Shown: in pieces, positions 1 through 7,424 of the stretch
Position numbering within the stretch: position 1 is the stretch's first letter
Layout of the letters: each line of letters begins with the position of its first letter
IMG/VR virus record: IMGVR_UViG_3300012352_000441
Span: 1-30,617 of that record
Strand: one strand, 5' to 3'
Source of the DNA: a virus
Taxonomy: Duplodnaviria; Caudoviricetes
Length of the DNA stretch: 30,617 nucleotides
The notes under the pieces: generated by a model
Database searches by the model: none
The model's input: only the letters and a program-made list of their open reading frames with translations
Told to the model about the DNA's origin: nothing
Program-made: the position numbers and the translations under genes

Positions 1-55
1 AATTGGTAGACGCTACAAGCACCGTAGTGGAGAGCCTACAAGGTAATTGAAGTGG
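1..55. repeat. 55-bp terminal overlap (left copy), identical to 30563-30617; marks a circular/terminally redundant assembly
   Basis: AATTGGTAGACGC...GTAATTGAAGTGG is identical at both ends. 55 is a commonly used assembler k-mer, and the tRNA-like element reads continuously across the join. Confidence 0.95.
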
Positions 56-85
56 CTCATGCAGGTTCGAATCCTGCCCTGACTA
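1..85 (+). tRNA. tRNA-like RNA with a Leu-type scaffold and no canonical anticodon arm; 3' part (begins at 30550 across the circular junction)
   Basis: Acceptor stem AGTCAGG (30550-30556)/CCTGACT (78-84) with discriminator A85. D-arm GCGGAATTGGTAGACGC. T-arm GCAGG-TTCGAAT-CCTGC (61-77). Arm GAGCC/GGCTC precedes the T-arm. No 5-bp/7-nt anticodon arm at the expected position. Confidence 0.75.
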
Positions 86-188
86 CTAATGCAGTTCGAT
101 TCTGCTCGGTTGTTGAGATTTGGTAAGTAAATGAGGTTCGACTCCCCCTCGCGTGTCGAGATTAGTAGCCTATGGTAGAGGTCAACAT

Positions 189-209
189 GACAGCTCGGAA
201 AGACGAGCA
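189..209 (+). other. GC hairpin GCTCG-GAAAGA-CGAGC in the recT leader
   Basis: Perfect 5-bp stem (193-197/204-208) with a purine-rich loop, 30 nt upstream of the recT start. Confidence 0.5.
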
Positions 210-238
210 TCTTTTGTAACCAATTAAATTCATATACA

Positions 239-1090
239 ATGAACACAACAACGCAGCCAGCAGTGGCGGAAAAGGACATCACCACACAGGTGCTCCAAAA
301 AGTGCAAGCCTTTGAGAAATCAGGCGAGCTAAGAATCCCCAAAGACTACTCACCTGAGAACGCGCTCAAAGGCGCAATGCTAGTCTTAACCGAGTTAAAA
401 ACAAAGGACGGCAGCAACGCTTTGCAGTATTGTTCGAAGACAAGCGTTGCACAGGCGCTTTTGAAAATGGTTGTTGAGGGTTTGAGCGTGCTTAAAAAGC
501 AAGGTTACTTTATTCCTTACGATAAAGAGCTCACTTGGATTCGCAGCTATCAGGGCTCAATCGCTTTGGCTAAGCGAGTAGCTGAGGTCAAAGAGGTGAA
601 CGCGGTTGTTGTTTATCAAAACGATTTGTTCGAGTACGGCATCGACGTGAAAACGGGACGCCAAGTTATCTACAAACACGATCAGAAACTCGGCAACATT
701 GCTAACGATAAAATCATTGCGGCTTATGCAATTGTGATTTACAAAGATGGCACGACCGATGCGACTATCATGAGTATGGACGAAATTCGGGCAGCATGGA
801 ACCAAGGCGCGCCAAAGGGCAACTCGCCAGCGCATAAGAATTTCACGCAGGAGATGGCAAAAAAAACGGTCATTAACCGAGCTTGCAAGACACCTATCAA
901 TAGCTCTACCGATGTTATCCTGGTGGGCGGTTACGATGAGGAAAACGACGAGGCGCCAACTATTGACATTAAGCACGAAATCATAGAGGACACAGCGAGC
1001 CAACCGATTACCTTTGAAATCAGCGAAGCGCCCGAGCCTACTTTGAAAAAAGCGCGCCCTGTTGACGAACCTGCGGAATTCCCTGAATAA
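239..1090 (+). CDS. recT: RecT/Redbeta-family single-strand annealing recombinase
   Basis: Motifs GL...KKQGYFIPY...SYQG, VVYQND.FEY, AYAIV, and EMAKKTVINRACK, plus an acidic C-terminal tail, as in phage RecT. Confidence 0.9.
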   Translation: MNTTTQPAVAEKDITTQVLQKVQAFEKSGELRIPKDYSPENALKGAMLVLTELKTKDGSNALQYCSKTSVAQALLKMVVEGLSVLKKQGYFIPYDKELTWIRSYQGSIALAKRVAEVKEVNAVVVYQNDLFEYGIDVKTGRQVIYKHDQKLGNIANDKIIAAYAIVIYKDGTTDATIMSMDEIRAAWNQGAPKGNSPAHKNFTQEMAKKTVINRACKTPINSSTDVILVGGYDEENDEAPTIDIKHEIIEDTASQPITFEISEAPEPTLKKARPVDEPAEFPE

Positions 1091-1782
1091 TGAAAATCAA
1101 CATTATTTCATCCGGAAGCAAGGGCAATGCCTATATAATCGAAAAGAACAACACCGCACTCTTAGTTGAGTGCGGTGTAAAGTTCGCTGAGATTCAAAAA
1201 GCAGTTGGTTTTGATTTGCTTAGAATCAAAGCGTGTATTGTTTCGCACGAACATGGCGACCATTCAAAAGCATGGAAGCAGGTAGTTGGCACAGGGATTC
1301 CGATGTATGCAAGCGTTGGCACTTACGATGCGCTTAAGGTGAGCCCTGAGGATAGGCAATACCCATTTTTTCATGGATGTGTAAAAGGTCCATTCAAATG
1401 TTTTTCCGCCAATCACGACGCAGCCGAACCGCTTAACTTTATCATTGATGAAAAAATACTTTTCATTACAGATAACTACAAGCTGCAATTTGATTTCTCA
1501 TGGTTCAAATTCGCCTGCATCATGATTGAAGCCAACTACTGCGAGGAGCTAATCAAAGGAAAAGCCGATGACTTTGTAAACAAGCGCCGCTTTCGCTCGC
1601 ACATGAGCTTTCAAACCGCTTTGCTAACCCTAAAAACACTCGATTTAAGCGAGTGCAAACAAATCATTTTAATTCACCTAAGCGATGGATATACGGATGA
1701 AAAACGCTTTATTCAGGACACTGAAAAGGCTTTCGGGATTCCGACAATTTGCGCTGATAAAAACCAAATTATTGAGTTATGA
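1090..1782 (+). CDS. MBL-fold metallo-hydrolase (phage YycJ-like putative exonuclease)
   Basis: SSGSKGNAY, LVECG, SHEHGDH, HDAAEP, IEANY, SHMS and LIHLS motifs; coupled to recT. Confidence 0.9.
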   Translation: MKINIISSGSKGNAYIIEKNNTALLVECGVKFAEIQKAVGFDLLRIKACIVSHEHGDHSKAWKQVVGTGIPMYASVGTYDALKVSPEDRQYPFFHGCVKGPFKCFSANHDAAEPLNFIIDEKILFITDNYKLQFDFSWFKFACIMIEANYCEELIKGKADDFVNKRRFRSHMSFQTALLTLKTLDLSECKQIILIHLSDGYTDEKRFIQDTEKAFGIPTICADKNQIIEL

Positions 1783-1940
1783 AAAACCAACAAGCACACC
1801 TAAAAACAATTGCTGTTTTGGGAATCACAGCAATCATAGTATTTTTAGCAATTTCTTTTCCTTTAACAGGAATGGTAGTATTTGCGATTAGTGCATTTAT
1901 AGCAATGTATATGGCTATTTACACACTTTTTAAAGACTAA
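1779..1940 (+). CDS. Small two-TM membrane protein (53 aa; not in ORF track)
   Basis: ATGA overlap with the previous stop. MKNQQAHLKTIAVLGITAIIVFLAISFPLTGMVVFAISAFIAMYMAIYTLFKD; fills the gap before 1945. Confidence 0.65.
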   Translation: MKNQQAHLKTIAVLGITAIIVFLAISFPLTGMVVFAISAFIAMYMAIYTLFKD

Positions 1941-1944
1941 CAAA

Positions 1945-2229
1945 ATGAAAAACAAAATAAAGATTTTCGCAATTTTCGTAATGATGTTTTTCGCGTCATT
2001 TGTGCCGGAATCAAATCATGAACTTTTTGGAGACTGGAGATGCAAAGGCGGCCATGTGATTTATCATGAGTACAAATCAAATGAATATATAGGATGTCAA
2101 TACGGAGTAGATGACCACCATTCCTCTACATGGCATTGGGGTGTTCGTCATTGGATTTGGCTGCTTACAGGCCTTACATTTACCACATGGACAATAGTAG
2201 AAATTATTAACAAAGAAATAAATAAGTAA
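1945..2229 (+). CDS. Hypothetical membrane protein
   Basis: Hydrophobic N- and C-terminal segments, two Cys and a His/Trp-rich WHWGVRHWIW motif; A-rich leader. Confidence 0.7.
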   Translation: MKNKIKIFAIFVMMFFASFVPESNHELFGDWRCKGGHVIYHEYKSNEYIGCQYGVDDHHSSTWHWGVRHWIWLLTGLTFTTWTIVEIINKEINK

Positions 2230-2230
2230 A

Positions 2231-2671
2231 ATGAAACAAACATTTTTAACCAAAGTAAGCTACACCAAGCAATTTGATAACGGCACATTTAAGCGCGTTG
2301 TTGAACAATACCTTTTCGATGGCCACACATTCACTGACTGCGAGGCTAACGTTTACACCCATTTAGGCTCCATGATTAAAGGCGAGTTCACGATCATGAA
2401 GATGGACAAATTTATGGTTGATGACCTAGTCAGAAGTGAAGAACATACATTTGATAAGTATTTTCTAGTAAAACAGGAATACTCTAACATGGATGACCGA
2501 GAAATAAAAATGAAGTTGCTTGTTAACGCTGAAAGCATTGAAATGGCCCGAGATATGGCTGTAAAATACAATGAACAAGAATTAATGCGATTTGAAACGC
2601 AAATCAAATCCATAGTAGAGACAAAAATTTTGGACTATTTCCAAAGTGAAACCGAAAATTTAGAAGCATGA
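2231..2671 (+). CDS. DUF4494-like protein (Bacteroidota family)
   Basis: F.TKVSY.KQ.DNG.FKRV.EQYL.DG.TFTD.EA...GEF.I and LV.AESIE.A...I.S..ETKILD patterns match my recollection of DUF4494. Confidence 0.7.
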   Translation: MKQTFLTKVSYTKQFDNGTFKRVVEQYLFDGHTFTDCEANVYTHLGSMIKGEFTIMKMDKFMVDDLVRSEEHTFDKYFLVKQEYSNMDDREIKMKLLVNAESIEMARDMAVKYNEQELMRFETQIKSIVETKILDYFQSETENLEA

Positions 2672-2838
2672 TGTCAAAAGGATTTGCCCGTGAAAAAATA
2701 CAAGAATACCTAGCCAAAAATGGAGGTGTTTTACCTATCGAAGATGTTGTTATTTACCAATATAAAACGAAAGACGGCATAAATACGTTTACCTTTAGGT
2801 ATCTTTTGTGTGTTGCATATGATTTAGAAAAGCTATGA
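2668..2838 (+). CDS. Hypothetical protein (56 aa; not in ORF track)
   Basis: ATGA overlaps at both ends. MMSKGFAREKIQEYLAKNGGVLPIEDVVIYQYKTKDGINTFTFRYLLCVAYDLEKL. Confidence 0.6.
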   Translation: MMSKGFAREKIQEYLAKNGGVLPIEDVVIYQYKTKDGINTFTFRYLLCVAYDLEKL

Positions 2839-3035
2839 CCCAAACCAAACTAGAAAAGCGCTTCGCCAAAAAAGTGGAGCGCTATTGTTTACAAAAGCAA
2901 ACGACCCCGTGGATAATTTGCAGCTCATTTGGCTACACCAATATGCAGGCTATTGGCCGATTTTTGACAGGTGAGGGCACTATCAGCGCGCAAACCATGG
3001 GATTGATTGATGAATACATGAAAAAGAATAAGTAA
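2835..3035 (+). CDS. Small putative Cro/XRE-like HTH DNA-binding protein
   Basis: 66 aa, basic. TPWIICSSFGYTNMQAIGRFLTGEGTISAQTMGLIDEYM fits a Cro-type HTH followed by the usual 'G...S..T...I..Y' helix. Confidence 0.5.
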   Translation: MTQTKLEKRFAKKVERYCLQKQTTPWIICSSFGYTNMQAIGRFLTGEGTISAQTMGLIDEYMKKNK

Positions 3036-3053
3036 CCTAAAAACAACAACAAA

Positions 3054-3485
3054 ATGTGTAATTTATCAGAATCAGAAGAAGGAAAAAAAGCAAGTAACTT
3101 AGTTGATGGAAATTTGTTTGATGACCTTTTGAAAGCAGAAGTTGAAAAGAAAACAAGACGTCTTGAAAAAATAATTTGGGGCGCAACAGGAAAGCCAATA
3201 CTAAATCGACAATCCTTTTTTACCGACAATCCAACATTTGACCAAGTAATCGCAATAGGCTTCAAACGTGAAATGGCAAGCGACGACGTCTTTGAAGAGC
3301 AACACGGCTACTCGTATTTCCTAGTCTATTTCGAAGCGGATAACTTTATCATTGAATGGGATATTTTAACGCATGAGCTCTCAATAAGCGTGTGCGATGT
3401 GCTAATCGGCAAAATCAGCTTTGAGAAAGCAAAAGAAATAATCGAGGCGAGTGAGCCGCAAAGTAGTAACACTAAACAAGACTAA
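3054..3485 (+). CDS. Hypothetical protein
   Basis: 143-aa ORF with an ACAACAACAAA leader, packed between its neighbours. Confidence 0.65.
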   Translation: MCNLSESEEGKKASNLVDGNLFDDLLKAEVEKKTRRLEKIIWGATGKPILNRQSFFTDNPTFDQVIAIGFKREMASDDVFEEQHGYSYFLVYFEADNFIIEWDILTHELSISVCDVLIGKISFEKAKEIIEASEPQSSNTKQD

Positions 3486-3486
3486 C

Positions 3487-3651
3487 ATGAAAACACCTGT
3501 AATTATTTTGATTATCCTGTGGTCAACAGGGCTGCTAATCGAAGCGCACATGCATGGAAAGCCAAAGAATGAAGAATATAACATTTTTTACAGGGTAGCC
3601 GCAATGGCTATCTACATATCATTGTTCTATTGGGCAGGTCTATTCGATTAA
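3487..3651 (+). CDS. Small membrane protein (start reassigned to ATG 3487)
   Basis: Two hydrophobic segments flank HGKPK..YN; ends YWAGLFD. Confidence 0.65.
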   Translation: MKTPVIILIILWSTGLLIEAHMHGKPKNEEYNIFYRVAAMAIYISLFYWAGLFD

Positions 3652-3674
3652 CCATATTCAAAAACTAACAATCT

Positions 3675-3707
3675 AAAAGCCAACTCAATCAGTTGGCTTT
3701 TTTATTT
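3675..3707 (+). terminator. Intrinsic terminator ending the early/middle block
   Basis: AAAAGCCAACT-caatc-AGTTGGCTTTT followed by a T-tract. Confidence 0.8.
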
Positions 3708-3714
3708 ACCTTTG
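3707..3714 (+). promoter_or_regulatory. Bacteroidota -7 promoter element TACCTTTG
   Basis: Matches TAnnTTTG; directly follows the terminator and precedes in-frame GTG 3718. Confidence 0.55.
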
Positions 3715-3717
3715 AGT

Positions 3718-4236
3718 GTGGAATTTTGGAACAGGGAGGCTTATACGATAGCTCGGAAGATAACAAGTGACCGAGACATTCACCGCGACCTCGTAGCTTT
3801 CGTCTATATTTTGCTCCATGACAAAGGAATAGTTCCGCAATCGCTACCCGCGACATTTGCACGCTGGGCATATCAGCAATATAATTGGAAAGATAGCGCG
3901 TTTAATAAGCAATACGCCAACTATCACCTCGACATTGACTCCATTGATTACGATAAAATCGACGAAAAATACCAAGAGAGCAAGTATGGCCGATTGATTG
4001 ATGAGTACTTTGACCAAGAAAGCGCAACGGAAAACGAGTTTTTTTGCAAAGAAATCGCTAAACTTGTCTTTCAATCAATGAGTTACCGCGAAATTGAACG
4101 TTTAACAGGCATCCGACACGACATTGTGTGCAATGCCATAAAGCAATTTAGAAATGATTTTAGGGATTTTTGCAGCAATCGGAGCGGCGATACCGATATT
4201 CAATTGGGTCCGGACAACAGGGAAGATGAATTTTAA
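3718..4236 (+). CDS. Sigma-70/ECF-like transcription factor (region-4 HTH); putative late activator
   Basis: N-terminal AY.IARKIT.D...HRDLV is region-2-like. C-terminal MSYREIERLTGIRHDIVCNAIKQ is a region-4 HTH. It heads the late operon. Confidence 0.6.
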   Translation: MEFWNREAYTIARKITSDRDIHRDLVAFVYILLHDKGIVPQSLPATFARWAYQQYNWKDSAFNKQYANYHLDIDSIDYDKIDEKYQESKYGRLIDEYFDQESATENEFFCKEIAKLVFQSMSYREIERLTGIRHDIVCNAIKQFRNDFRDFCSNRSGDTDIQLGPDNREDEF

Positions 4237-4402
4237 GCCCTTTTCTTGCCTGCCTTGCCTTTCGTTTTGGATGGCCGTTGTTTACTATCTTTGCTACTAT
4301 CTTTTTGTTGACGCCAACGAAATGATTTTTTTTAACGCATTCGCCGCCTATTTTGGCGCGGCTTTATATTTGATTTATGAAGAGACTTCGTTTAATAATT
4401 AA
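4154..4402 (+). CDS. Small membrane protein with KPFSCxxC.SFW motif
   Basis: Three hydrophobic segments and a CLPC motif. Confidence 0.65.
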   Translation: MILGIFAAIGAAIPIFNWVRTTGKMNFKPFSCLPCLSFWMAVVYYLCYYLFVDANEMIFFNAFAAYFGAALYLIYEETSFNN

Positions 4403-4565
4403 AGGGCTTCGCGTGTTGATGCGACGCAATCGCCGAATAACTGACCAAGACCGCATCTTATCCTCAGTTGGGGCAATTCTAATGATTGAGCTAAAAAACG
4501 ACCGCGCCTTGCGTCGTAAAATCAGAGGCACAAATCTAGAAACAAAACTTAAAAAGTACATTTAA
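4377..4565 (+). CDS. Hypothetical basic protein
   Basis: 62 aa, Arg/Lys-rich, closely coupled to its neighbours. Confidence 0.55.
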   Translation: MKRLRLIIKGLRVLMRRNRRITDQDRILSSVGAILMIELKNDRALRRKIRGTNLETKLKKYI

Positions 4566-4567
4566 CC

Positions 4568-4987
4568 ATGAGCGTAACACTATCCCTTTCGCCTGAGCTA
4601 CTCGAAAAGCTCGAATTTTTCCGCAAGTTTGGCAGCGCCAATATGTCTCGGCCTCTCAAACAAGAGCTGGCAATCCATTACAAAGAACTCACGGGCTCAA
4701 CACTCAACATTGACTGTGGCACCTGCGTCATTCAAGCAATGCACCGTGTCAACGCGGCTACAAAAACCAAAAAAGCCGCCAAGAAAAAAGCTGACACAAT
4801 GATCACAAACACAGAGTTTGACGGCATGAACTTCATGAAGCTCAAAAGCCTTGCAAATGCCAAAGCAAAAGAGCTCGGGATTGAGTTAGCGAAAGACGCG
4901 AAAAAAGATGAGTTAATCAAAATCTTGACGGATGGCCAAAGCGCAAACAACAACGAAAGCGAAGGCAACGACCAAGCCAGCGAGTAA
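4568..4987 (+). CDS. Hypothetical protein with CxxC and C-terminal HeH/Rho-N-like helix pair
   Basis: DCGTC motif; FDGMNFMKLKSLA...ELGI......KKDELIKIL resembles SAP/HeH/Rho-N domains. Confidence 0.6.
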   Translation: MSVTLSLSPELLEKLEFFRKFGSANMSRPLKQELAIHYKELTGSTLNIDCGTCVIQAMHRVNAATKTKKAAKKKADTMITNTEFDGMNFMKLKSLANAKAKELGIELAKDAKKDELIKILTDGQSANNNESEGNDQASE

Positions 4988-5435
4988 AGTAAGGGCGGTT
5001 CGAAAGCCTGTTTCAAGAAAGCCAAAAGCAATCGCGCTGCAGCTAATTGAAAAAATGGACTTGCTTGAGGAGCTCGGTTGGGATTACGTTATTGAGTGTA
5101 CAAAGAACACGAAAGAAACCGTTTCAGCTAGTGGCCGAGTTGTTGAGTTGCTCGATAGGCAAATTCCAACTATTGACTATTTCTTGCGTATTTGGATTCC
5201 AATGAAGGTGGGAATGGAGTTAATGCACAGGCGCACGTGGTACAAGTGGCTTAAGAATGAAGAATCAGAACAGGGGCACACTATAAAAGAGATTGATTTG
5301 AACATGAAAGCGGTTGCCGAAAGCATCGTAGCGAACGAGGGTAAAGGTATTTTTTACGCAAAGAATCGCCTAGGTATGCACGACCGCCAACAAATTGAAA
5401 CTAAAAACGTTGACCGCTTCGACTTCGATAATTAA
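4932..5435 (+). CDS. terS: Terminase small subunit (putative)
   Basis: Immediately upstream of terL. IPTID.F...RRTWY.W HTH-like segment and C-terminal IFYAKNRLG..D.QQIE, typical of TerS. Confidence 0.7.
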   Translation: MAKAQTTTKAKATTKPASKVRAVRKPVSRKPKAIALQLIEKMDLLEELGWDYVIECTKNTKETVSASGRVVELLDRQIPTIDYFLRIWIPMKVGMELMHRRTWYKWLKNEESEQGHTIKEIDLNMKAVAESIVANEGKGIFYAKNRLGMHDRQQIETKNVDRFDFDN

Positions 5436-6628
5436 TGGCAACCATAAAAGGCTACAAACCGCACGAAAAACAGCGCCTCATACACGACTCAATCAATAAC
5501 GAGCCGTTTAAATACTACACGCTTAACATCGGCAGACAGTTTGGCAAATCAATGCTTGGTTTAAATCAAATGCTTTATTGGGCCATTAATGATGCAGGCT
5601 GCGACATCGCTTGGGTCTCGCCCGTTTACAAGCAATCAAAGAAAGTCTTTTCGGATTTCGAGAAATACACGCAAAACAGCGGCTTGTTCAACTTCAATAA
5701 ATCGGAGTTGCTTATCAATGGCATGGGCTCAAAGATTCAGTTCTTTTCGGGTGAGCGCCCGGATAACATCCGAGGCAATACCTTTCACTACCTAATAATT
5801 GATGAAACGTCATTTACACGTAGGGAGCTGTGGGATGAGGTACTGAGCGCAACCGTACTTGTCAAGGGTAAAAAGGTGCTTTTCATTTCAACGCCTAATG
5901 GAAAGAACCACTTTCACGGGCTTTATATGCGCCCGAATTACGATGAGCGTTACAAATCGTTTACGTTTACCTCGTATGATAACCCCATGATTGACCCCGC
6001 TGAAATTGATGAGCGCCGCGCCTCGCTGCCTGAGCATATATTTAGACAAGAATACCTTGCCGAGTTCATTGATGACGGCGCTGGCATCTTTAAAAACGTG
6101 CGCGCATGTATTGGCATAGGTGAAAAAGGCAAGCACTTTGCAGGCCTTGACATCGGCCGAGCAGATGACTACACCGTGCTATCCATACTCAACGATAAAA
6201 AGCAAATGGTTTACTGCGAGCGTTGGCGTCAAATGGAGTGGACACAAATAATTGAAAAGGTAGCCGCTATAATCATTCAGTATAATGCCATGACCGCCGT
6301 TGAGGTAAATAATCAGGGAGACGTGTTTTATGAAATGCTGCAAAAGAAATGCCGTAACCTAATCTATCCACACGTAACCAGCACCAAAACAAAACCGATA
6401 ATGATTGAGGACTTGGCCGTGGCGTTTGAAGACAAGTCGATTCAGATTCTCGACAAAGATTGGCTTATTGATGAGCTCGAAAACTTTACCTTTGTCTATA
6501 ACAACAAAACGCGAAATGTTCAATATTCAGCGCCAAAAGGAATGCACGACGATAGTGTCATATCTTTGGCTTTAGCAAATCAATCGCTTAAAGAAAAACG
6601 AACCCGCGCCAAATACGTATTCGCATGA
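5435..6628 (+). CDS. terL: Terminase large subunit (Terminase_6 type)
   Basis: PHEKQ, Walker A GRQFGKS, Walker B LIIDE, ISTP.G.NHF, QEYLAEF, and nuclease motifs GLDIG..DD and HDD.V.SLALA. Confidence 0.95.
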   Translation: MATIKGYKPHEKQRLIHDSINNEPFKYYTLNIGRQFGKSMLGLNQMLYWAINDAGCDIAWVSPVYKQSKKVFSDFEKYTQNSGLFNFNKSELLINGMGSKIQFFSGERPDNIRGNTFHYLIIDETSFTRRELWDEVLSATVLVKGKKVLFISTPNGKNHFHGLYMRPNYDERYKSFTFTSYDNPMIDPAEIDERRASLPEHIFRQEYLAEFIDDGAGIFKNVRACIGIGEKGKHFAGLDIGRADDYTVLSILNDKKQMVYCERWRQMEWTQIIEKVAAIIIQYNAMTAVEVNNQGDVFYEMLQKKCRNLIYPHVTSTKTKPIMIEDLAVAFEDKSIQILDKDWLIDELENFTFVYNNKTRNVQYSAPKGMHDDSVISLALANQSLKEKRTRAKYVFA

Positions 6629-7314
6629 CACACCAATTCAAAACATCAATTTCTCAAATAAAAATCGGACAAGTCGCGATGTGGCTCAAATTGCTCGAGG
6701 GATTCGATGACCGAAAGTTTACGGCATTGCTGCAAAACCTAGAATTTCGAACCCAAGTTGTGGCAATCATGCTCGAAATACAAATGAGCCAAGCGAGGCG
6801 TATTGACGTTGACGACGTGTTGCAAATTTCGGATCATTATATCACTTTGCTATCAACCTACAAATACAAAGAGCCGCGTGAGCTTATCGAGGTCAAAGGC
6901 CAAAAGTTCAAGTTTACACCCAACTTTGGCGCATGGTCAACGGGTCAAATAATTGACGCGAAGCTACTCGACATTGAAAGCCTGTACACACACCCTGAAA
7001 GGCTAGTTGCTATCATGTACGTTGAGCAAGGCATGAGCTATCACCAAGAGGATGCGCACCAACAAGTCATAAATCCAAACGAAAGGCGTGAAAAGCTCTT
7101 TGCTGAGCATTTTGATGGTGAGGAATTTTGGAACTTCTACAATTTTTTTTTGTCGAATTACGAAGATTGGAAACTCGCTATTTCGGGGATTCAGATAGCG
7201 AGGATGAGGATAGCAGCGAAGACGACGGAGAGGCTCCTAAAGAAGAGGCAAAGAGCAACGAGGATGCGTGGTATCATTTCACGACTGCGTTTGTCTTGGT
7301 GGCGAAAGAGCTAA
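6625..7314 (+). CDS. Putative tail assembly chaperone (G-like, 0-frame product)
   Basis: Contains F....TGQ.ID...L.A.MY...R...F and a T9 slippery run at 7143-7151 that overlaps a -1 frame ORF. Confidence 0.55.
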   Translation: MTHQFKTSISQIKIGQVAMWLKLLEGFDDRKFTALLQNLEFRTQVVAIMLEIQMSQARRIDVDDVLQISDHYITLLSTYKYKEPRELIEVKGQKFKFTPNFGAWSTGQIIDAKLLDIESLYTHPERLVAIMYVEQGMSYHQEDAHQQVINPNERREKLFAEHFDGEEFWNFYNFFLSNYEDWKLAISGIQIARMRIAAKTTERLLKKRQRATRMRGIISRLRLSWWRKS

Positions 7315-7424
7315 ACACACCCGTCGCAGAAATCGGCGCCATGCCTTATCAAAAGTTTCTTTTTTGGCAAAACTACCTACGCATCAAACAACAGCGCAGC
7401 ACTATAATAAATGGTCAATCTTAG
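7143..7424 (+). CDS. -1 frameshift extension of the chaperone (GT-like product)
   Basis: The -1 frame is open from the T9 run to 7424 with no good own start. It has an acidic linker followed by W......LVAKEL...VAEI.AMPY..FL.W..Y. Confidence 0.55.
   Translation, partial: FFFVELRRLETRYFGDSDSEDEDSSEDDGEAPKEEAKSNEDAWYHFTTAFVLVAKELNTPVAEIGAMPYQKFLFWQNYLRIKQQRSTIINGQS
7390..7407 (+). promoter_or_regulatory. Candidate phage late-promoter motif AACAGC-NNA-GCAC-WWTAA (copy 1)
   Basis: AACAGCgcaGCACTATAA; other copies at 14549-14566 and 20572-20589, with a degenerate copy at 13925-13942. Confidence 0.5.

Noticed and set aside
1-55. 55-bp end repeat as a biological direct terminal repeat or att site
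   Set aside because: It cuts through the middle of the tRNA-like RNA and equals a common assembler k-mer size, so it is best explained as assembly overlap.
1-85. Functional tRNA-Leu/Cys/Tyr, or an attP copy of a host tRNA
   Set aside because: There is no canonical anticodon arm. The hairpin CTAC-AAGCACC-GTAG (would read GCA) lacks U33 and purine 37 and competes with the D-stem. No integrase was found.
121-185. tRNA-associated HDV-like (theta) ribozyme
   Set aside because: CGA-CTCCCCC-TCG resembles P3/L3, but I could not find matching P1 and P2 helices.
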